Source: Octopus vulgaris
Taxonomy: Eukaryota
Length of the DNA stretch: 64,000 nt
Assembly: GCA_951406725.2 (NCBI GenBank)
Contig: OX597818.1
Span: 5,208,001 to 5,272,000 of the forward strand
Direction: 5' to 3'
The notes beneath the pieces were generated by a model. It saw only the letters and a list, made by a program, of their open reading frames with translations, made no database searches and had not been told where the DNA came from. Position 1 is the first letter of the stretch; each line of letters begins with the position of its first letter. This document shows positions 51,284 through 61,425 of this stretch, in pieces. A program made the translations under genes and the position numbers.

Positions 51284-52423
51284 ATGTATCGTAAGGTTCT
51301 AGAAAGATATGGCAGCCCTTTCTCCATCTACATAGAAAACAACTGGAAGAGATATCTAGATGACTGTTTCATTCTTTGGCATAAAAATATAGAAAAACTC
51401 ATAGAATTCCAGGAAATTTTAAACGGACTGGACGTAAACATCCAATTCACGATGGAATATAGCCAGCAACAACTCCCCTTCCTCGATATCCTCATTAAGA
51501 AAGCTAATAATATAATAGAAACAGACATATACTATAAGCCTACAGACTCTAAGCAATATCTTCCATTCAATTCATGCCACCCCAGACACACCAGGATGAA
51601 TATCCCCTTCAATCTAGCAAAAAGGATATGCACTATAGACTCTAAGGCAAACACCAGAGACACACGACTACAAGAACTAAAAGATACCCTTATCACCAGG
51701 AACTATCCACCTTCACTTATTGACAAGTGCATTCAACGTGCCCTTCAACTTAACATCAAGGAACTGAGACATCCCAAATCAAAGAAAAACTTACAACCAA
51801 AAGCCTTACCATACATCTCCACACACAACCCTCTCAATAACGAAGCCTTCGGCAACATCCTCCACAACATACCCCTCCTAAAAAAAGACCACAGAATGAA
51901 CACAATCCTCCAAACAGACACGATCATAAAAAGCAAAAGACAGCCTAGATCCATGAAAAGTCTCCTAACACAAGCCCGAATTCACTCTTCAACACAGAAG
52001 CCGACAGTAAAAAAATGTGGAAGACCCAATTGCGGGATATGCGACTATCTAATTGAGGGATCAGAGTTCTCCTTCAAACAGGGACAACGGTTTACAGTGA
52101 AAAGCAACTTCACATGTGCTTCGGAGAACCTAATATACTCACTAACCTGCTCCGGGTGTCAAGAGCAGTACATAGGCCAAACAAAAAATGGCTTGCGTAA
52201 ACGAATGGCCCTGCACAGATCCCAGATAAAAATTCCCCAAAACAGAAAAATAGCTTTTAGCCAACACATAGATACTTGCGCCAACAAAAAAACACCAAAC
52301 TTCAGGATTTTCCCCCTCTACCAATTTAGGGACGATACAACCTCGAGACAACGAATAAGTAAAGAAAATCTCTTTATTACAAAATACAGGCCACTTCTTA
52401 ACGGGTCTACGACAAACAATTAA
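51284..52423 (+). CDS. PLE RT C-terminal half + GIY-YIG endonuclease (open 379-aa frame, 5'-truncated)
   Basis: WKRYLDDCF, PFLD, YYKPTD, SCHP, CGRPNCGIC, NLIYSLTCSGCQEQYIGQT, R..LHR, HID.C, E..FI..LN; no stops. Confidence 0.9.
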   Translation: MYRKVLERYGSPFSIYIENNWKRYLDDCFILWHKNIEKLIEFQEILNGLDVNIQFTMEYSQQQLPFLDILIKKANNIIETDIYYKPTDSKQYLPFNSCHPRHTRMNIPFNLAKRICTIDSKANTRDTRLQELKDTLITRNYPPSLIDKCIQRALQLNIKELRHPKSKKNLQPKALPYISTHNPLNNEAFGNILHNIPLLKKDHRMNTILQTDTIIKSKRQPRSMKSLLTQARIHSSTQKPTVKKCGRPNCGICDYLIEGSEFSFKQGQRFTVKSNFTCASENLIYSLTCSGCQEQYIGQTKNGLRKRMALHRSQIKIPQNRKIAFSQHIDTCANKKTPNFRIFPLYQFRDDTTSRQRISKENLFITKYRPLLNGSTTNN

Positions 52424-52697
52424 TATACCTCAACTTTAGAATAAAAGAAATATATACACACACAAATATTACATTCCATAGAATCCATTACTAATCAGCC
52501 CCATCACAGCTATACTTTCACCCATTCATATTCTCCCTTCTCTGTTTTTTTCTTCTTCTTCCTCTTCTTCTTCATCATCATCATTATCATCATCATCGTC
52601 ATCATCATCATCACCACCATCATCATTATCATCTTCTCCTTCTCCTTCTTCTTCTTCTTCTTCTTCTTCTTCTTCTTCATCATCAACATCATCATTT

Positions 52698-53844
52698 TCT
52701 AGGACAAAATTACTCATGACAACTATTTTGTTCCTCAAATGAAAGGCGTCACCTCTAGGACAAAATTCCTCATCTTATAAAATGTGGCCCCAGTAGACCC
52801 GAATGAAATCGGGTTATATTAACCAAAATGTGGAAAGGGGTCTAAATGGGGCTGGAAGGGGATTAAAATTTAAAGGAGCGGGTATTTAGGAATTCTCTGT
52901 TACATCAAGCTAAAAAATTTGCGCCAGCCTTTTAATCGTCAATGTGTTGCCGTCCATGATGAAGAAGTGTTGAATGCTTGCCATGATGAGTCTACTGTCG
53001 TGAGAAAGAATCACTTCAAAACTTGGTGTTTAGGGATTTTCTTTTACATCAAGTTCAAAATTTTACGCCAGCCGTTAAACTGTCAAAACGTTGCTGTCCG
53101 TCGTTAACAAATGCCAGCCATGGTGACTCTACTATCCTCACATTCCATCCCTTCAAAGTTTGGTTTCCAATATTTTATTATTTTTATTCAGCTCGCAAGT
53201 TCGTTTGTCCCTTTTAAATGTTAGTGTTTTGCTGTCTGCCTTGAAGCAGACCTTTCCGTTGTTACTGCCTGATATTCATGATTGATCTTTCTAAATATTT
53301 TATTTCTCAACTTACTCAATATCTTTTGTTGTTTATAAATGGGAGAGAGATTGATAAAGATAGAGAGTAAGAGAAAGCGAGGGAGAGTCCGAGAGAAAGG
53401 AAGAGTAAGAGAGTGGAAACAGTGAGAGAGAAAGGAGAGAGAAACAAAGAGGGAGAATCATCATCATCATCATCATCATCATCGTTTAACGTCCGTTTTC
53501 CGTGCTAGCACAGGTTGGACAGTTTGACCGGGGTCTGGGAAGCCAGAAGGCTGCACCAGGCTCCAGTCTGATCTGGCAGTGTTTCTACAGGTAGATGCCC
53601 TTCCTAACGCCAACCACTCTGTGAGCGTAGTGGGTGCTTTTTTCGTGCCGCCGGCGCAGGTGCCAGGGGGGCTGGCAGCGGCCACGATCGGTTGGTGCTT
53701 TTTACGTGCCACCGGCACAGAAGCCAGTCAAGGCGGCGCTGCAATCGGCCACGTTCGGATGGTGCATTTTACGTGCTGAAAGGAAGCAGCAGAAAGTAAC
53801 AACCACACTCTTACCCGCGCGTAGAGCGGGTCACCTTCAGCTAG
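52698..53844 (+). mobile_element. Non-autonomous Helitron (family B), second copy
   Basis: Direct repeat of ~29550-30670; ends ACCCGC-GCGTAGA-GCGGGT-CACCTTCAG-CTAG|T. Confidence 0.8.
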
Positions 53845-54429
53845 TCTATGAATAAAAGTATACTGTGCCGATGCTCGAATTTGCTTTGAATGTGCTGCAA
53901 ATGTGTAATGTCGACTTCAGTTGTTGGTATTGTTGGTTAATATTCCTTCTATTAACATTATGGAGCAAAAAATTACCTGTAGATTTAAAGCAAACGGAAG
54001 CTCAAGTTTCGTTGACGACCTTGAAAATTAGTGCATTCACGCAGCGAACATTAGGGAACAGAACCTCCCTCCTGTCGATTCAAGCAACACTCATCTGTGG
54101 ACATAACAGCCGCATCAATCGAACTCCCATACAAAGACGGTTTTCTATTAGACAAATTATTAACTTTAGTTATCTCTCTTGCACCCTCAAGTTTCGAACT
54201 GCACTGCTTTTTGATGTAAATATTTTTGGGTGTTAACATGGTCCGACTTGAATTCTTTCTTCTACGGAATGATGAGCAAGCCTTCTTCTAGCATACTCTC
54301 AATTTTGGTCAACTTGAGATAGTGTTAGTTGAAGGCTACCAAACCTGCCACACACACACACACACACGCACACAGACAACTTCAGCTTTATAGATACAGA
54401 TATATATATATATATATATATAAAGACAG

Positions 54430-54741
54430 CCTTCGGTTATGAATGACCATGCCATTGCACCTAGAAGCTTCCCCTCCGAGGCACAAGTTCGCGCAAAGTT
54501 GTTTAAGGAAGACCATTAGTCACCCATGCATACCAGCCTCACCACCGGTGTTATTCAAGGGAAAGGCAAAGGCCGATACAGCTTGGAACCAATGACGTCG
54601 AAACTTATTTCTACACCTGACTGAACTGGAGCGACGTGAAATAAAGTGTGTTGCTCAAGAACACAACACAGGCTGGTTTGGGAATCGAACTAATTTCTCT
54701 ATAATTGTGAGTCAGATGCTCTAACCATTGAGCCATGCACC
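54430..54741 (-). mobile_element. tRNA-derived SINE (OK-like)
   Basis: Homologous to 4578-4899; minus-strand head GGCTCAATGGTTAGAGCATCTGACT. Confidence 0.8.
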
Positions 54742-55835
54742 TTCACTTATATGAAATATATAAGATAGTAATATTTACATATTATACACACACGTACACA
54801 CACACACACGTACTCTCTCACACACACATATATATATATATATGCATATACAATATGCAGAATCATACATGCATATGTAAAACTGTTATCATAATTACGG
54901 ACCGCACCTCCATATGCATTCTGTATGTAATTAGTTCACTTATAATAAAATATTACTATCGTATATATTTCATATAAGTGACATGAGTTTACACAAGAAA
55001 AGAATAACCTAATGAAAAATATTATTTGTACCGATTTCATGCTGCGCTGAACACAATGCGACATAATTTCTATATATGCGGTTGATTTCCATTTTAAATA
55101 CCTGCTTTGTATTCCATTGATTATTATTTTCATTGTTTCTTGATTTTAAAGTATTATTTAAAATGTCTTGTCTTCCACTCGCGGTATATTATTTAGTTAT
55201 GTTTTACTTTTAAAAAAAAAACACACTTTTGGCTTTTTTTCCTCTGTTTCAAAACTATAAGTTTTTCCAAATAATATTTTATAATGAGGAATTTACGCGC
55301 CACAAACACTCATACTCACACAAACACTCATTCTCTCTCGCTACTCATTTTGATTATTAGTTTCGCTATAGTCAATGTTTTTCTTTTTATTGTGTATTTA
55401 TTTTTGCTGGAAGCAATGAAAAAGTTGTGATTTTTGTGCATCACTGGAACTTAAAAGAATAAAGATTGTCGATATGATTCATTCAAGAGGAAATATATTA
55501 ATTCATGAATGAATGGATTTAATATTCTAAAAAAAGTACTGGCATCTCACTACAATAATATTTCACGATACTTTTTTGCTTGTGATACACCATACATTTA
55601 ATGCAAAATTTTGGCTACAAGGTAAAATTTCATAAACACACAAATATATGCATCTAAGCGTAAAATGTTGGAAATGTCATGCAAATTTATTGTACATATA
55701 TTTCGCAAGGGATGGAGAATTTATATCAAAGAGATAGAAAGATAAAAAGACATAACATATTTAAACGTGAAAACATAATCTATTGCATATATTCTAGCAG
55801 TAAATTTGAGCAAGAACTTCATTTATATGAGTGTG

Positions 55836-55900
<65 letters not shown>

Positions 55901-55901
55901 G

Positions 55902-55967
<66 letters not shown>

Positions 55968-55987
55968 CATCCATCCATCTATCTATC
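55836..55987. repeat. (TATC)n microsatellite, left flank of the Tx1 element
   Basis: Directly visible. Confidence 0.97.
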
Positions 55988-57768
55988 GAGACCTTTTGAC
56001 ATTGCACGTTCGGTCCGTCAGGGATGCCCCTTCTCGTCGCTTCTATACGTATTGACTCTCGAGCTACTACTGCGGAAGCTGGCGACTCTGAGGGGCATCC
56101 CGCGAGAACTGGGATGCGGGACGAGCGTGTCTGCATACGCAGACGACGTCATCGTCATAGTGTCAAGCCACGAGTACATCGAGTTGGTCGGCGAGACACT
56201 GAAAGACTACGGAGCGGTGACAGGAGCGAAAATCAACCGGGAAAATTCAGTGGGCTTGCAGCTCGGCACCAGGAGAAGCAAGCCCATGCCGTCCACCAGC
56301 GCCTCCGTCGTGGGAAGCTGGACGGACGGCCCGGTCGAGTTCCTCGGGGTCTAGTTCGGTCCGGACCTCCAAATGGAGAAGAACTGGAACGAGATAACGA
56401 GTAGGGTGGTCACTCTCGCCCGGCAATGGGCCGAGAGGAAACTGTCCCTAAAACTGTCAGGCGGAGGTGGCGAACACGTACATCGCGTCCATCATCTACT
56501 ACCGCCGGACCGTCGTACCTTGTCCCGACCCTACCATCACCAAACTAGAACGCACTCACTTCCGCTTCTTGTGGAAAGGATGCGTCCCGATGGTCAGGCG
56601 ATCCATTTGCTGTCAACACCTGTTAAAAGGAGGGCTGGGCATGCCGTGGTTGATGATGAGCAGACACGCGCTGAGACTGCGACATCTCCAGCTCTACGTA
56701 GACGACGGTGAACAGGTGTGGTCGCCGTTTGTGAGGCACGCCTTCCTGCAGCTCGTCTCCATGACCGAACTGCAGTCGTAGATCAAAAAGGGGCCGAGGA
56801 AGGGCGAATGGCACCGCGAGTGTCGCGTTGCTCTCAAGCAACTATGCTGACCCGGGTCGACCTTGAATGACTTCAACACAACCAAAGCATTCTATAGGGG
56901 ATTAGTGGAGGGGAGGTACGACGACGATCTTGGGGCGAACCTGGGCGTCGACGAGGAATACCTGACCTGCCTTTTTGAGACGACTTTCGGGCCGGGACCT
57001 ATGGACAACTTCCAGATATCCCTGGCCTGCAGTGCTACCGAGAAGCGCTAGCTGTTCGGAATAAGCTCTATAGCCATGGCTCGAGAAACGCGGGGCCGAC
57101 TTGCCCGAGATGTGTGGGACGTGTCGGTTTATCAGCCGAGTATATCGTTAATATCGTCACGCCTCCTTCCTTCAAACGGGAAGGAAGATCTATTTTTATC
57201 ATACTTGTGGCTATGGCAAAAGAATGTATCTGGTGGACGCGCCTGAAAGGATTAGAGACAAACACTTTCCTCTCTGGTCAATCTCTCATCAACTTCTTCA
57301 AGTATCACTTGAAAAGGAAAGTGAGAGTAGAGAGGCAAGTTTTGTCTAGTGAATGATTTAAAAAAAGGTGGGTGAATGTAGCAAGAATGGCACGTATGAA
57401 TGACGAAGCCACCTTGAGTATGATCCTATGAACGGTAAAAATTTAATACATAGAGTTACTTATTTGTAAAAAAAAAGTAACATGTGACTTTATTGACCGA
57501 GGTTACCGTGGTCTTTTCCGTAGGCTTTTCTTTCCACGAGTAAACCTCACCTGTCTTCCCCTTTACACTTTATATTGACATTTCTGTGATAACGATCCCT
57601 ATTGATCGATTTTTTCTTTTTCCTTTTATTTTATTCCCCCGACCTTTTTTGGGGCTTTTGCTTTCCTCTTTCTTTCCTTTTACGATCCCTTTTGATCGAA
57701 AACCAGCCCCCCTTTTTTTATCCCCAAAAGAAAAGCTCTACCTTGTAATTTGCCCCGTCATACATTCA
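55988..57768 (+). mobile_element. L1/Tx1-clade LINE, 5'-truncated and disabled
   Basis: [42 protein letters not shown], zinc-finger remnant TCPRC; stops and frameshifts. Confidence 0.88.
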
Positions 57769-57851
<83 letters not shown>

Positions 57852-57862
57852 ATATATATATA
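57769..57862. repeat. (TATC)n(TA)n microsatellite, right flank of the Tx1 element
   Basis: Directly visible. Confidence 0.97.
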
Positions 57863-58368
57863 TTCTTCAAGCAGAAATGAGTATATGAAAGGGGATGAAA
57901 CAGGGATTTGTTGAATAGAGTGGAAACATTTAGATATAGCTTAAATGAGATTGGTTGATGCATTGATACATGAACTTTTTTTTTCAGATAAATATGTATA
58001 TATACACATGTACATAAAAAATGTAGAAACGTTTTGTGGTCAATGTACATAATGTATATAACAAACATGATTAATTTCTAACAGTTTACTTAGGTTCTAA
58101 GTTTATATTTCTATATCTTATATACTTGAATATACGCATGTACACATAAAACTCTCTACACCCTCACATACAAAATGATTAAGCAGACCCTTTTGCATAT
58201 GACTAGTTAAAATGTTGATATTTGTTATGTTAGATTTTTATAAAATCTACGCAATACGTATGATATATAGCTTTACAAATCGCTTCATATACATACATAC
58301 ACATATATCTATAGATAGATAGACATATATAAATACATACATAACTACATGCACACACACACATACAC

Positions 58369-58421
<53 letters not shown>

Positions 58422-58426
<5 letters not shown>

Positions 58427-59668
58427 TTAAGGGACCAAACCACCCTCAAGCAACTCAATCAACATTGAACAACATTGTCTATGATAGAGATACATAAGAT
58501 TACCTTTTATCAAAATTAATATATGCCATTACTATTCTGAATCATATATTAAATTATATAGACTACGCGCGTTTCATGGCAATATATCTATCGGTATTGC
58601 TGAAATAGGTTTCGAAATTCAATACCATATCAATCTATTTATACAACTAGGAATCATCGAAAGAATTCTTCGTTTCTAGATTTAAATTTTGTGCTAATAT
58701 AATTATTACTCTCTACTTCATTGGTGTTAGATGTATTAGTATTATAATAGTATACTTTCCATTTCATCCTGTTAATAAAATTTTTTAAAGTTATTTATTA
58801 CTTTAAACATATATTCTTTTTTAGGTGGTATTGTAATGTCTTTCAATGATGAGTTCCAATCTAGGGGTTCTATCTTTCCTGCGTTCTCCATAACTAACTT
58901 AATTGCGAGTTCGAAACTAACAATTACCTTTAGTTATTATATTATTATTATAATAATTATTAATACTAGGGAGGTTATTTCCGAGTCCACGGGGGAGAGA
59001 AATTCAATTTAGTGAATGAATTTCTCGCTGTATTATATACATATATATAGGTAGATGGGTTTAAGAAACTGAACCACCTTCAAGCAACTCAATCAATATT
59101 GAACGAAATTATCTATGATAGATAATATCTATCGGTATTGCTGAAATAAAAGGTCTCGAAATTCAATACCATATCAATCCGACTATACTGCCAATTTTCA
59201 GGTCTGGATTATATAAAACTATTTTACTATTTACAACCTATATAATGTATTATTTCGACGATTTCTAGTTGTATAATCTTGATTGCCATGTCTTTATATA
59301 TGATGTATATAGTAAAATAGTTTTATATAAGCCAGGCCTGAGGATTGACTGTATAGTCGGATTGATATGGTATTGAATTTCGAAACCTTCTATTTCTGCA
59401 ATACCGATAGATATAGTCATGAAACGCGTGTAGTCTATATAATTAAATATATGATTCAGAATAGTAATTGTAGATATTAATGTTGATAAAATCTAATCTT
59501 ATATATCTCTATCATAGATAATGTCATTCAATTTTGATTGAGTTGCTTGAAGGTGGTTCTGTCCCTTAAACCTATCTATATATATGTATATTATACAGCG
59601 AGAAATTCATTTTAGTACCACTAAATTGAATTTATCTCCCCTGTGGACTGGGAAATAACTTCCCTTAT
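58422..59668. mobile_element. PLE terminal-repeat complex: two tandem minus-strand copies plus one inverted copy, with an N-terminal ORF remnant
   Basis: 58422-58635 and 58966-59245 are inverted relative to ~59300-59666. Minus-strand remnant SSLKDITIPPKKEYMFKVI..RMKWKVYYY. (TA)n flanks. Confidence 0.8.
59334..59436 (+). ncRNA. Type-I hammerhead ribozyme with extended stem II
   Basis: AGGC-CTGAGGA-T TGACTGTAT..(~56 nt)..ATATAGTCA T-GAAA-CGCGTG-TA-GTCT. Confidence 0.7.
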
Positions 59669-59669
59669 A

Positions 59670-59759
<90 letters not shown>

Positions 59760-59760
<1 letters not shown>

Positions 59761-61130
59761 CGCGTGTAAGGCGTTTCAGAGACCATTTTCAGGGAAAAGA
59801 AGCACTCGTATATCTGTCAGTAGACTTCACGCTCATTAGATTTAGCCAATATGGAAGGGAATATGGCGACTGCTCTCTATTGTCGAAGGTGGATTAACAC
59901 AACTACTCAGTAGTTGCTGTGAAAAAGGTGGTGGAATGGAAAAAGGGCCAGAGGATTAGTTTAGGAGTTATGTCCCTTGGTTGTGTGTTATGAAGCCGGT
60001 AAGAGTTAACTTGGAGTGGGGAAAGTGTATATTATTAATGTGGTGCTCTTGTGGGGATGGGGTGTGTGGTATGTGCAGCGGTGTCATGCGTATAACTTTT
60101 TTCAGGGGTGTAGGTATATATAGCTGTGTTCATTTGTCTGACCTCTTTCTGTAAAGTCGTTTGTGTGTGTTTGTGGCAAGGGTTATGTTAGTGTACGATG
60201 TGTAATGTTTATGTGTGGGAAATGTGTATAGGTGGGAGTACGATTTGTGTGAAGAGATGTGTTTGAGGGAGAAACAGTTTATTTTGTGGGATGTCTGCTT
60301 TATAAGGGTGTGTGCGTGTCTGCCTTATAGGGGATAGGGGTGGTGTGCGTGTGTGTACATAGGTGCCTTGGTGTGTGATTTGGTCAAACTCTTTTTGCCG
60401 AGGGCATTGGTTGAAGGTTGTTAGCGGAAGGTCGAGGCAGAGGAACTGTGGTTGCAGTCACGGTGGGGCTAGCAGGTACAATAGAATTTACTTCTTTTCA
60501 CGCGGGCAAGGATTAATTAAACATCTCACTCCTGCTATTTAGGTAAATCTTCGGGTGTTGGGTACGTCTTAAATTCGCTCTCTTCTCAGCCAGGTATAAT
60601 CCACACTTCCTGCCGCTATTGAAGTACGTTTTGAATCATTCCAAGAGCTTCTACTTTATGCCGTACTCCATGGAGCTTTCTTTGAAAGTCCAGACGTGCT
60701 TAGCTAGGGTTGTGGCGTTACCACTCCCTGGGATGTTGAATGAGCACTTGTGGTTATTAAAGCGGCTTCTGAAGGGGCCCTCCATTGCCCCCACATACTT
60801 CCGCACGCTCGGTTGTCCATTGGATCCTGTGACTGTTAATTCTGCCTTGTATACTAAGCATCCTGCCTCAGCCTCTCTTGCTGACGCGCTTAACGAAGTT
60901 CCTGAACACCTGCAACACGAGTTGATCGCTGTTGTTATTCGTTGGTCATCGTTTGTTTAAGGTAAGTTGTAGTGGTGGGATTTTCAAAGTTTTGAATGGG
61001 TTCCACAGGGGCGCTGTAGTCGCGTCGTTGTTCTGGCAACTTTCAATTGTTTGTTTACACTCAAAGTGAGGAGACCTCCCCAAAAGGCGTTCTGCGTTCT
61101 CGTGTGTGATTTTTTCTTGTGGCGATATGT
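59760..61130 (-). mobile_element. PLE 3' fragment with GIY-YIG endonuclease remnant (probably the 'IIWFNPP'/Hydra-like type)
   Basis: Minus: CLVYKAELTV..RKYVGAMEGPFRSRFNNHKCSF..TTLAKHVW..CGLYLAEK; (CA)-rich 3' UTR ending at (TA)n. Confidence 0.75.
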
Positions 61131-61134
61131 AAAA

Positions 61135-61425
61135 AAATGAGTTTATGGTCCAACACTACCCACTGACCCCGATGATCTTAAACATCGAATAATAATAGCG
61201 ATCAACTCAGTGGATCGTGACATGCTGATACGCGTCTGGGAGGAATTCTTTTATCGCATTGATGTTGCCCGTGCTGCAGTTGGTGGCCACATTGAACACT
61301 TCTAAGAGGGGAAATAAAAGTTGATTGGGAGTCAATACTTGTGACGTAGCTGGAGTTTTCTATTGCTTTTCCTTATAAAAATATTGCGTAATGAAATCAC
61401 CTCATTCTTTTTGAATAACCATGTT
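61135..61425 (+). mobile_element. Tc1/mariner-superfamily 3' end fragment
   Basis: VYGPTLPTDPDDLKHRIIIAINSVDRDMLIRVWEEFFYRIDVARAAVGGHIEHF*, a typical transposase C-terminus, followed by TIR-like TTCTTTTTGAATAACC. Confidence 0.7.

Larger units (their letters stand above)
49660..52697. mobile_element. Young Neptune-type PLE with inverted duplication (minus arm 49660-51286, plus arm 51284-52697)
   Basis: ~50140-51286 is the near-exact reverse complement of ~51566-52695. Confidence 0.93.

Noticed and set aside
1805-57888. Numerous ORF-track entries rich in YI, CV, TH, YLSI or poly-L/N/K/E
   Set aside because: They are translations of (TA)n, (TG)n, (TATC)n, (TAA)n and (GAA)n microsatellites, not genes.
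59762-59795. Hammerhead-like CTGAAAA..GAAACG on minus strand
   Set aside because: C3/A8 mismatch, and stems I and III do not close; at most a decayed remnant.
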